IMG/VR virus record: IMGVR_UViG_3300028127_000003
DNA: 64,000 bases
Strand: one strand, 5' to 3'
Source: a virus
Made by a program: the position numbers and the translations under genes
The notes under the pieces: generated by a model
Databases searched by the model: none
Told to the model about the DNA's origin: nothing
Seen by the model: only the letters and a program-made list of their open reading frames with translations
Shown: positions 44,577 through 53,330 of the stretch, in pieces
Numbering within the stretch: position 1 is the first letter of the stretch
How the letters are laid out: each line of letters begins with the position of its first letter

Positions 44577-46637
44577 TTACTTGTTGAATCTCTTGTTAAT
44601 AGACTTCTTAACATTAGTTAAATCATATAAAGGTTTTTTGTCTTCAATAACAGGAGCAGCTTCATTTACTGATTCTACTTTTTCCATAACAACTTTGACA
44701 TCTCTAAGATCTCTAGTTTGCCAGAAGTTTCTTACTTGGTAAGCAGTTTCTAGTTTATGGTATTTAGATTGAGCTATAAGAGCTGTTTTCTTGTTATCTG
44801 ACATGTTAGACCATGCTTCTTTATATTCTTCTGGCATCATTTCAATAACATTAGGTTCGTTAGTTTTAACGCTATTTATTAATGAAGAGTTCCATAATGT
44901 AAGAATTTGTCCTTCAGTTAAGAATCCTTTTCCTTCGATTGATTTTAATACTTTAGATTGATCTTCAGTATTTAATTCGTTATATTCTGCTTTCTTAGCT
45001 TCAGAAATAAATCTAAAGAAATGAGGGTTAGTATTTTCTTTAACAGTTGCTTTTTCGATTAAAGCAGATAATTTAGAACTAATTTCAGATTTGTAAGCAT
45101 CTAATGTATCTACTGTTTCAGTTTCTTCTACTGCTTCAGTTTCTTCTTCTTCAGTTTCTTCTACTGCTTCAGTTTCTTCTTCTTCAGTTTCTTCTACTGC
45201 TTCAGTTTCTTCTACGAATTCTTCTGCATTTTCTTTATCTTCAGCATCAACGTCTTCAACTTTATAAGTTTCTCCGTCTACTGTAAATTCTTTTTCTCCG
45301 TCTGCGATTGCTTTTGCTCTTGCAGCACCAAATGCATTTCCTTCTTCAACGTCTTCTTCTTCAGTTTCTTCAACTGCTTCAACGTCTTCTTCTTCAGAAA
45401 TTTCTTCGTCACCTGCATCGTCAACTGTGTCTTCTAATTCGTCTTCTAACTCGTCAGATTTGTCTTCAACTTCTGCACCATGATCTAATTCATTATCTTC
45501 AGCATCAACTGTAGGTTCAGTAACATCCGTAGAATCGTCTTCTGCTTCAATTTCTTCAACTTCTTTACCAGCTTCATCTTCTAGTAATAAGTTAGAATTA
45601 ACTGTTTCTGCAACGTATTCTGCGTATTCAGTAACTTTTTCTAAATTTTCTTTTAAGTATTCAATATACTTTAATAAGCCTTCATGAGTTGTTGCACCTT
45701 CATTATAAGATTCTGCTAAATAATTAGTATAGTCTTTAATTGATTCAACACCTTCAGCAACATGCTCAGTATATGCAACGCTATTATCTAATTTCTCAGA
45801 TATTTCGTTATTTGTAGTTATTGTATTATCTAAGTTTTCAGCAAGGTATGCAGAATACTCGATAGTCTTTTCTAATTTCTCAGCAAGATAGTTTGAATAT
45901 TCTTTAACGCTTTCAACTTCAGACTTTACAGATTCATCACTATTTAAAGATTCCATTCCCTCTTTAATAGTTTTTATTTCGCTTGATAAATACTGTGAAT
46001 ATTTATTAAAATCATCAGTACTTACGAATTTTGATTCAGCCATTTTGTTTTCAGTTTTATTTTCGGTTGTTAAAAGTTCTTTTGTATTTCCAATTTCATA
46101 AATTTGAATGCTAGAATCGTTATCAAATCCGAAAGATTCGTTAACTCTTTTTAATTCAGCATTTTCAAAGCCAGGATCTGCAACTAAATCATAAGTGAAT
46201 AATTGCTTAATTTTAACAGTCCCGTTAGATTCAACTGTACCAGCTGCTCTAGATGAAATTTGTAAAGGAACACCAGCATCAACCAAAGCTTTAGCCTGAC
46301 GACCAGCTTCAGTATCAAGTAATCTGATTTTACCTTTTACTTGTTTTGTTTCGCTATCATAGGATAATTCTTCAATAACGTGAGATACGTTTTTTAAAGA
46401 TACATCAAATGTTTGTGGGTGATCTAATTCTCCTAAAAGTTTAGAAGAACCTATTTTAGATTGAAGAGCTTCAATTTGTGGAACATATTCTGACTCAGTA
46501 TAGATTCTATTATTTCTATTCTTTTTGTCAATTTCTCCAAATATACCTTCAAGGACATAAGCCCCATCACCATCTTGTTTGAATTCTAATTCACTAGAAG
46601 ATCTTTCTAGGATTAATAGATTGTTTTTTGTATTCAT
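44577..46637 (-). CDS. gp21: Prohead protease (gp21) fused to scaffold-like region
   Basis: LEGIF...N.N.RIY, LGELDHP, ISSR..G, T.DLVADP.F..A in the first ~165 aa; then YxxYLAE heptads and an acidic region. Confidence 0.9.
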   Translation of the reverse strand: MNTKNNLLILERSSSELEFKQDGDGAYVLEGIFGEIDKKNRNNRIYTESEYVPQIEALQSKIGSSKLLGELDHPQTFDVSLKNVSHVIEELSYDSETKQVKGKIRLLDTEAGRQAKALVDAGVPLQISSRAAGTVESNGTVKIKQLFTYDLVADPGFENAELKRVNESFGFDNDSSIQIYEIGNTKELLTTENKTENKMAESKFVSTDDFNKYSQYLSSEIKTIKEGMESLNSDESVKSEVESVKEYSNYLAEKLEKTIEYSAYLAENLDNTITTNNEISEKLDNSVAYTEHVAEGVESIKDYTNYLAESYNEGATTHEGLLKYIEYLKENLEKVTEYAEYVAETVNSNLLLEDEAGKEVEEIEAEDDSTDVTEPTVDAEDNELDHGAEVEDKSDELEDELEDTVDDAGDEEISEEEDVEAVEETEEEDVEEGNAFGAARAKAIADGEKEFTVDGETYKVEDVDAEDKENAEEFVEETEAVEETEEEETEAVEETEEEETEAVEETETVDTLDAYKSEISSKLSALIEKATVKENTNPHFFRFISEAKKAEYNELNTEDQSKVLKSIEGKGFLTEGQILTLWNSSLINSVKTNEPNVIEMMPEEYKEAWSNMSDNKKTALIAQSKYHKLETAYQVRNFWQTRDLRDVKVVMEKVESVNEAAPVIEDKKPLYDLTNVKKSINKRFNK
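45121..45213. repeat. 33-nt tandem repeat (AVEETEEEETE), about 2.8 copies
   Basis: gtttcttctactgcttcagtttcttcttcttca repeated. Confidence 0.85.
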
Positions 46638-46699
46638 ATATTTTAATACTATGTTTGTTGTTTATATATCTTTTGAAGAATAATGATTTTTCATTTTTT

Positions 46700-47068
46700 C
46701 TATATTTCTAAATCTCCTAGCTCATCTTCTAAGCCTCCAGCACCTTCTTCGCCACCTTCTTCCTTCTTAGCAGCTTCTTCCTCCTCAGTTTCCTTAGCCT
46801 TTACTTCTGTTTCAACTTCTAAATAATAAGTGACTAGAGTTTGCATATCTTCTTCGGTAAATGCGTTATTACCGTATTCTTTATAAAAATATTCTTTGAA
46901 TTCTTTCTCTGTTTTACTTGTATTTATTACTCCTATAATTTCAGCAGATTTAATCTTTTCACCTGAATCTAAAAGAATATCATCTACTATTACATCTGAA
47001 TCGTCTCCGACTTCTAGTGCATCTTCTGTTAAATTAGAGTAGTTTTTAAATGTTTTTAAGTGTTTCAT
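46700..47068 (-). CDS. Small acidic prohead core / internal protein
   Basis: MKHLKTFKNYSNLTE N-terminus; located between portal and protease (T4 gp67/68 position). Confidence 0.55.
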   Translation of the reverse strand: MKHLKTFKNYSNLTEDALEVGDDSDVIVDDILLDSGEKIKSAEIIGVINTSKTEKEFKEYFYKEYGNNAFTEEDMQTLVTYYLEVETEVKAKETEEEEAAKKEEGGEEGAGGLEDELGDLEI

Positions 47069-47090
47069 TGCTAATTATATATTCTTTTTT

Positions 47091-48686
47091 CTAGAATCCC
47101 ATGTCCATAGGGTCCACCTCAGGTTCTTCTGCTTCTTCAGAAGCTTGTCTTTGTTTATAAGCTTCGTTTGCAGCTTTATCGTCAGGGGATAATTTTAAAT
47201 ATCTGTCTACTAAGAATTCCATATCAAAGTAAGGCATTTCTTCCATAGTAACTGGATCTGTTTTCATTAGAGAATCTTGCATTGTAGATATAAAGTCTAA
47301 TCGTTTCTCCATGATTTCCATTTGTTTTAATTCAGCAAACATATTCTCTTCATTAAATTGAATAGCTATTTGAGTTCTAAAACCTGCATCATCTTTAAAT
47401 TCAGGAAATTTAAGACACATTTGTAACCATAGGGGTTTTACTAAAATTTCTTGGAAAGAAGAACGTAATCTTTTGATAAATTTAGAAAACTTAATTTCAT
47501 CTCTAATCATACCATCAGCTGCAAGGTTAAAGTCACCTCCACCGTCTTCGTACATGAATCTATTGAATGGTATTTTAGAAACCATTTTTAATTTATCATT
47601 AAAATATTTAAGTGCTTCTGTATCTGATAATTCGGGACCGTCTCCTCCTAAAGTTTCAATCTCTGGAGATTCTCCTTCTTTAGATGGTAACCAATATTCT
47701 TTGTTAAATTGGAGCATTGGTTTTCCATTAGTTGCTAATGTAGCTGAATCCCAATCAAAATCTACAACTTCTTTATAATTACCCATTAATTGAGCAAGAG
47801 ATTGTTTAGCTCTTGTTTTAGATTTACCACCAACTGGAATAATAAACTTCATTCTATATGATGAGTTTGTAACCGCCCAGATAACTCTAGTATGTTCCAT
47901 TATTCTCATCAGGTTAAATGATCTTATAAGTCTTTCTAAGTAACTTACTCTCGAGGCAGTGGTTATTGAAGAATAAGAAAGATAGATAATCTGTGAATCA
48001 TACAGGACTCTCTCCTTAACAGGATCGTCCTTAAATTGAACCCATACTTTTTTACCATCATCTTTATTATAACCTGGCATTAGTGTAATAGGATCTATTT
48101 CCTTAAATCCTATAATCTGATCTTGATCTGGGCTGTAAATAATTTCAAAAGAAAGATATCCGTCAATTAAGAATTTTCTAAAGAAGTACCATGCCGATTG
48201 ATCTGAATTAAATCCAAAATATTGATATAAATCTCTGTATGATTTATTTAAGTACTTTGTAACTTCTTCTGAAACATCCATTCCTATAAGTTCTGGATTT
48301 CCAATAAAGTTCTTATTGTCATACACGATAGATTCATCACATAAGATATCTAATATATCTTCTATTTCATCATGTGTAGAAAATCTTCTTAATTCTTCTC
48401 TTTTACCTTCATAACCTTGGTCAAAGAAAGGAATATTTTTTCTCATATTGGTATCTGCCATCGATAATGCAGCAAATGCCCCATACATGTTATCGTCATC
48501 TAGACCCATCTGATTCATTTGGCCGTAACCAAATTCATCTTCTACAGGGCCTATTGCCTGAGATTGTCTTAAGACTAAATCATCGTAATACATTCCGAAA
48601 GACGAGAGTCTTTTTAATGTATCACTTAGTGTGAATGATCTTTTACCAGTACTTAATGGTCCGTTTCTTTCTATAAATCCTGCCAT
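47091..48686 (-). CDS. gp20: Portal protein (gp20-like)
   Basis: EIEDILD.L.DE.I, ..IDG, SYL...I...N..R.ME...VI, YWLP..EG...EI.TL.G, L..P..R. Confidence 0.93.
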   Translation of the reverse strand: MAGFIERNGPLSTGKRSFTLSDTLKRLSSFGMYYDDLVLRQSQAIGPVEDEFGYGQMNQMGLDDDNMYGAFAALSMADTNMRKNIPFFDQGYEGKREELRRFSTHDEIEDILDILCDESIVYDNKNFIGNPELIGMDVSEEVTKYLNKSYRDLYQYFGFNSDQSAWYFFRKFLIDGYLSFEIIYSPDQDQIIGFKEIDPITLMPGYNKDDGKKVWVQFKDDPVKERVLYDSQIIYLSYSSITTASRVSYLERLIRSFNLMRIMEHTRVIWAVTNSSYRMKFIIPVGGKSKTRAKQSLAQLMGNYKEVVDFDWDSATLATNGKPMLQFNKEYWLPSKEGESPEIETLGGDGPELSDTEALKYFNDKLKMVSKIPFNRFMYEDGGGDFNLAADGMIRDEIKFSKFIKRLRSSFQEILVKPLWLQMCLKFPEFKDDAGFRTQIAIQFNEENMFAELKQMEIMEKRLDFISTMQDSLMKTDPVTMEEMPYFDMEFLVDRYLKLSPDDKAANEAYKQRQASEEAEEPEVDPMDMGF

Positions 48687-48718
48687 GTGTTAAAATTACA
48701 ATTGTATTATACTTCTCT

Positions 48719-49315
48719 TTATATATTCTTTTTTCTACGATGATCTTCAAATAATCTAATAAGCTGCTGTTTATCAATTCCCTGAAGAGAATCGAAGTCA
48801 CATATTGCCATCTTACACCAATCTTTATAAGCTACTACAGCTTGATTAGTTTTTTTAGAAGGCTTATATCTTCTTATTGCAAAATCATATCCAAATGATT
48901 CAAGATATCTTTTTGCACCTTTATATGAAAATCTGGGTAAACCTTTTTGTTTTTTAGCGTCTTCCTTTTTAGAAGCGGATTTTATAGATGATTCGTATCT
49001 ACCATATATCTCGTCTAAGAATTCTTCTCTAAATTTAGGAGGAAGCATTGTTATATTAATTCCTATGTCGTCTCCTTCATAAGGATCTAAGGCTAGAACA
49101 ACAGGATTATCATCATACCATTTAATATCCTCTGTTATTGGGGTATATTCAAATACATACATTTTTCCTGGAACAAATCTAGATCTAATAGAACCCACTG
49201 CCTTTTCCTTTTTATCCTTTAAACTTTTTTGAAACCACTGTTCAGCCTCGTTGGCCGCCTTGGCCCTACCCTTGCCCTTTATTAATTTTTTTATTTCCTC
49301 TTTAATGTAGCCCAT
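48719..49315 (-). CDS. gp2: DNA end protector (gp2-like)
   Basis: PG.MY.F.Y.P......YD..P.V......GIN..LP...R, ...RY, W..A. Confidence 0.75.
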   Translation of the reverse strand: MGYIKEEIKKLIKGKGRAKAANEAEQWFQKSLKDKKEKAVGSIRSRFVPGKMYVFEYTPITEDIKWYDDNPVVLALDPYEGDDIGINITMLPPKFREEFLDEIYGRYESSIKSASKKEDAKKQKGLPRFSYKGAKRYLESFGYDFAIRRYKPSKKTNQAVVAYKDWCKMAICDFDSLQGIDKQQLIRLFEDHRRKKNI

Positions 49316-49790
49316 TTATTATAGTTTCTTCTGTTAGAACTATGAAGTTCCAATTTCTTTGAGAGCAGAATTCTTTAGCTGCATTATATTTATCCATATT
49401 TTTAACATATTGCTCTGCTAAAAATTTATATGACTTAAGAGCCTTCTTAGAATTTACTCTAGGAGGCTCTGGTTTTATTATCTGTTGCTTTGGTTTGATT
49501 TCTACTAGATATTCTTTAGTAGTTTTATCGGGCTGAATTGCCTTAAAATAAAAATCAGGGTAATATTTCCTTTTGGTAGAATCTTGTCTAGACCAATATG
49601 GTATTTCAACTGGTTCGCTTGACCACATACTTACCTTTTCATTTTTGTCACACCACATCATAAACTTACGTTCCCAGGAACTTCTATATATGATAGGAGT
49701 AGGTCCTGCATATTTAGAAGGATTATTAGGTTTATAATAACCTTGATTAAATCCTGAATTTTTAGTTGGTTTGACATTCTTTATTGACAT
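49302..49790 (-). CDS. gp4: Head completion nuclease (gp4-like, TnsA-type)
   Basis: G.Y.P.NP.KY.G....I.YRSSWE..FM.WCD, WSSE...IPY, YYPDF, EIKP..Q, N..K..AA..FC......F...TE. Confidence 0.9.
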   Translation of the reverse strand: MSIKNVKPTKNSGFNQGYYKPNNPSKYAGPTPIIYRSSWERKFMMWCDKNEKVSMWSSEPVEIPYWSRQDSTKRKYYPDFYFKAIQPDKTTKEYLVEIKPKQQIIKPEPPRVNSKKALKSYKFLAEQYVKNMDKYNAAKEFCSQRNWNFIVLTEETIINGLH

Positions 49791-50173
49791 TAGATGCTAT
49801 AAATTCCTGTTTGATTTTCAGAGTTGCCTGATCCTTTGTCTATAGATAGAGTTCCTTTGTATTTTTGAGGGTGAATCTTATTCCATCCTTTGGCGTATCC
49901 TCTCTTTGCTATCTCTGTGAAATAAGCAAATGCATTTGGATATTTAGGATTGAAGTTTCTCCAATATTTTAAAAGGTCTAATATAGCGAATTGTAGACAA
50001 TCGTTCCTATCATCTTCACTAACATACCTCATCCTATTGATCGCCTTTTCTGCCAAGAGAATTAGCATTTTTTCAGCATCTCTTGTTAATTTATCCTGTT
50101 CTTTTGAAAGGACCATTTGATCAAAGAGGTCTCTGTTATTTAAATAGTTTTTTGATTTTCTTCTTTTAGCCAC
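49790..50173 (-). CDS. gp55: Late transcription sigma factor (gp55-like)
   Basis: Y.NN..L, ...D...AI...LKY..NF.P...NAFAYFT.I; GTG start. Confidence 0.8.
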   Translation of the reverse strand: MAKRRKSKNYLNNRDLFDQMVLSKEQDKLTRDAEKMLILLAEKAINRMRYVSEDDRNDCLQFAILDLLKYWRNFNPKYPNAFAYFTEIAKRGYAKGWNKIHPQKYKGTLSIDKGSGNSENQTGIYSI

Positions 50174-50232
50174 AATGTTGTTGGTTTATTTATAGAGATT
50201 ATACTCAAAAATGTTAAAAAGTTTATTAACCT

Positions 50233-50255
50233 AAAAAAGGGACCAATGGTCCCTT
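50233..50255 (-). terminator. Intrinsic terminator
   Basis: AAGGGACCA/TGGTCCCTT plus a T6 run. Confidence 0.8.
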
Positions 50256-50277
50256 CTCTATTTTACGATGATACGTC

Positions 50278-51030
50278 TTATGCGTTTAAAGCTTCGATCT
50301 TATCTTCCCATACTTTAATCTCTGAATTAATTAAAGCATCAGCAGCTTTAATTTCTTCAATTGATTTATCAGCTTCAGCTAATAAACCTCTTTGATCTTT
50401 TAAGAAAGAAATCATTTCTTCAAACTTTGAAATTTCTTCAGATTTCTTAGCAAGTTCTAAAGTTTCTCCTTCTAGCATTTCAATTACTACAGCTGAAGCG
50501 TCTTCTGAAGTTTCTGCTTTAATATAAGATACTGCTTCGTTAGCGGTAGCTGAAAAGAATTTATTTAATTTGGTGTCTTTGTTGAATCTTGAAATAAATA
50601 GATTTTCATCTAATTTAAATAAATCAACAGTGACACCTCCCTTCTTATACGTGGTAGCGAAGTCTAAATACATGAAATTTTCTACAATAGTAGAAAGGCT
50701 TTCAAATAATTCAGCTTTATTTTTGTTGTCATATCTAACTAGTCCGCTGGCTAATACGTATGTTGAGAATGATTCAGTAATTTCAGATGTTCCATTGTAG
50801 AACTTTCCTTCTTCAATGTTGTAAATAAATTTTGAACCTTTGTTATACCATTTGATATCGTTTCCTACTATATCGAAGTTTTCAAAAGCAGAAATTGCGT
50901 TTAAAAATTCTTTATTAGTTGGTCTTTCGATAATTTCAATGTTGTTTTCTTTTATTTCGTAAGCTCTATTATTTAAATAGAATTGAACGTTTTCTTCAAT
51001 TTTTACGAAAGGTGCTAACATGTTTGTCAT
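50278..51030 (-). CDS. Hypothetical late protein
   Basis: ORF track; late motif at 51061. Confidence 0.7.
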   Translation of the reverse strand: MTNMLAPFVKIEENVQFYLNNRAYEIKENNIEIIERPTNKEFLNAISAFENFDIVGNDIKWYNKGSKFIYNIEEGKFYNGTSEITESFSTYVLASGLVRYDNKNKAELFESLSTIVENFMYLDFATTYKKGGVTVDLFKLDENLFISRFNKDTKLNKFFSATANEAVSYIKAETSEDASAVVIEMLEGETLELAKKSEEISKFEEMISFLKDQRGLLAEADKSIEEIKAADALINSEIKVWEDKIEALNA

Positions 51031-51059
51031 TTTATTATTCGTTTAATTTTATTGTTTAA

Positions 51060-51953
51060 CTATATATCTGTATCGTTTTCATCAATTATGTTAGGATTGT
51101 CAGGTTGTGCCTGTGATTGCTCATCCTTTGCCTCTCCTTTATTAGATGTAATTGATTTTTGTTTTATTTCAAACATCCTATTTCCAGCGTGAAATTCAGA
51201 AGATCCACCTGAACCATATCTATATGCTCTAGATTCTCCAGATTCTCCAGATGATCCAGAACCTGGATTTCCGTCTGGCGTGTTTGAGAAAGAAGGTATA
51301 AATGAATTTACTTCTATTGGAAATGTTATTTTATATTTGTCTTTATCGTCGAATCCAAAATCTATTGGAGCCTCCACTGTATAATCATCCGGTAAAGAAT
51401 AATACGAAGGTAATCTGTACGTTCCTTCTTCTAGATGTCCTACTTCTATGTTAAAGTAATTAGATTTATATAATTTCTTTACTATCATTTCAGTAATCTT
51501 TAAAGAATCTAACATTGAAGATACTAAAACTTCTATGTCAAAATTTATTAAAATTGGAATCATTTCAAATTCAGAAGAATATGCTTGTAGAGCTCCTTCT
51601 TCATCAAGTCTAGAATAATTTCCCATTATTCTTTTATTGACTAGTTTAGAAGATTCTATAGATATTGAAGAAATTCTAGCGACTCCTCTTGGAATTACAT
51701 CGTAATTTCCATCTGCAAACCCAGGATCAGGGTAGCAGTCATCGCCACTTGCTGTTGTAAATAGAAAATTATCTCTTAAAAATTGATCGTCTCCTGTGAT
51801 CGAATAATAAAAAGGAACGTCTATATCCTTTCTCTCATTAGCGCTTACTTGTCTTTGAAACCAAACTTTATTATTTAAGTCTGCCAATAGACCGATAATT
51901 ATATGCCTAATTACAGAATCGTCCGTGTTATATTTAAGATTATATGTAGCCAT
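51060..51953 (-). CDS. gp15: Tail sheath stabilizer/terminator (gp15-like)
   Basis: ..R..I......N.......I.VP..Y, P.........I.....R..NK, P..I.F......I.E.I. Confidence 0.7.
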   Translation of the reverse strand: MATYNLKYNTDDSVIRHIIIGLLADLNNKVWFQRQVSANERKDIDVPFYYSITGDDQFLRDNFLFTTASGDDCYPDPGFADGNYDVIPRGVARISSISIESSKLVNKRIMGNYSRLDEEGALQAYSSEFEMIPILINFDIEVLVSSMLDSLKITEMIVKKLYKSNYFNIEVGHLEEGTYRLPSYYSLPDDYTVEAPIDFGFDDKDKYKITFPIEVNSFIPSFSNTPDGNPGSGSSGESGESRAYRYGSGGSSEFHAGNRMFEIKQKSITSNKGEAKDEQSQAQPDNPNIIDENDTDI

Positions 51954-51956
51954 TTA

Positions 51957-53294
51957 TTATAGGTATCTTGTCGCTGCTCTTTGCCAGTTTGGTAAACCTG
52001 ACATTTTTAAACCAGCTGCTTTAACGAATGTTCTCATAGAAATATCGTTTGCGTTTTTCATAAATTCGTAGATTTCTTCCTTTTCTTTAAGTGGCATCTC
52101 GGTAGGTTCTAAATGGGGTAATAACCTTTCCATTCTTTCCATTAAGGTTGCATCATCAGGATTTACATCTACTAAAATAGATCTAGATCTAATAGCTCCA
52201 TCTGGATCTGCCTTTTCTTTTGCTAAATTCGAAATAAAAATTACTCTTCCTGCGAATTCAAATGAGTTAGGAACAATTCCATTTTCTTCTAATGTGAATG
52301 CTTCTTCAGGACTCACATCTTTAGGATCATATACTGCTTTAGTCTTTTTTAAATAAGAGATTTTTCTTACTTTCTTTGTATCTAATGCCGCTTTCATTAA
52401 GTTTCTACCGTTTTCATCTCTAAATACTGCATCACAGTCATCAAAGATTAATGTCTTATTTCTATATTGATAGAATTTCTTATACATCATAATAACAGAT
52501 GCTGCACCTGAAACCATAACGTAATCTTCTTCGTCAACAAGACCTTCATCTTTCATTGCTCTTTCTACATTATATGTTTTACCAGTACCTGCTCTACCTG
52601 AAATAAATAAAGAGTTAAATGCACCTGCAGCGACTCTTCTTGATATTTCGTAAATATCTTCCATTGTTTCTTCAAGATATTTAACCTTATCATTAAGTGT
52701 CATATCATTTTGTGTTTCAGCTGCGGTAGGTTTTACTACAACCTGCTGTCCTTTCTTAATATTCATGATTGAAGAATAAGGAACTTCTAATTCGTCTGCT
52801 ATTTTATTAACGGCCATTCCAGCTGCTAATTTAGCCTCGATCATTTTAATTTCTTCTTTAGAGAATGCTCTTTTAGTTCTTCTTTCTAATAACATTGACT
52901 CTTGTATAGATGCAACGTATTTTTTATCCATTAATCTAACGAATTCTCCAACTAATTTAACAATTGGGAATGTTTCAGATGAAATAGAAAAATCAGATTT
53001 AGCGTCTGCTGCATCTGAGAAATAGATTATAGAACCTACAATACCAGGGTTTTTTGCAGCAGCGGGAGTTACCATAAATGCCTCTGTACCTTTACTTGAG
53101 TAAAACATTACTCCAGAACCCATATCAGTTATCATTTCAAATGGAAACTTTTTAAAGTCCTTCTTTGTTTTCTTATTTACAAATCTTGCGATTATCGTAG
53201 CTGCTTTATTTAGAGAAGGATTTACAAGTTCTATTGAACCCGTTTTCATAGCTTCATTTAAATACTGATCGTATTTTAAGATTTTATTATTCAT
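51957..53294 (-). CDS. AAA+ ATPase with N-terminal extension
   Basis: SGRAGTGKT Walker A, LIFDDCD Walker B, FAGRVIFISN, A.RSR; N-terminus KILKYDQYLNE. Confidence 0.85.
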   Translation of the reverse strand: MNNKILKYDQYLNEAMKTGSIELVNPSLNKAATIIARFVNKKTKKDFKKFPFEMITDMGSGVMFYSSKGTEAFMVTPAAAKNPGIVGSIIYFSDAADAKSDFSISSETFPIVKLVGEFVRLMDKKYVASIQESMLLERRTKRAFSKEEIKMIEAKLAAGMAVNKIADELEVPYSSIMNIKKGQQVVVKPTAAETQNDMTLNDKVKYLEETMEDIYEISRRVAAGAFNSLFISGRAGTGKTYNVERAMKDEGLVDEEDYVMVSGAASVIMMYKKFYQYRNKTLIFDDCDAVFRDENGRNLMKAALDTKKVRKISYLKKTKAVYDPKDVSPEEAFTLEENGIVPNSFEFAGRVIFISNLAKEKADPDGAIRSRSILVDVNPDDATLMERMERLLPHLEPTEMPLKEKEEIYEFMKNANDISMRTFVKAAGLKMSGLPNWQRAATRYL

Positions 53295-53330
53295 GTTTAA
53301 GTGAAATCTTTTTATTTGATTTATATATCT

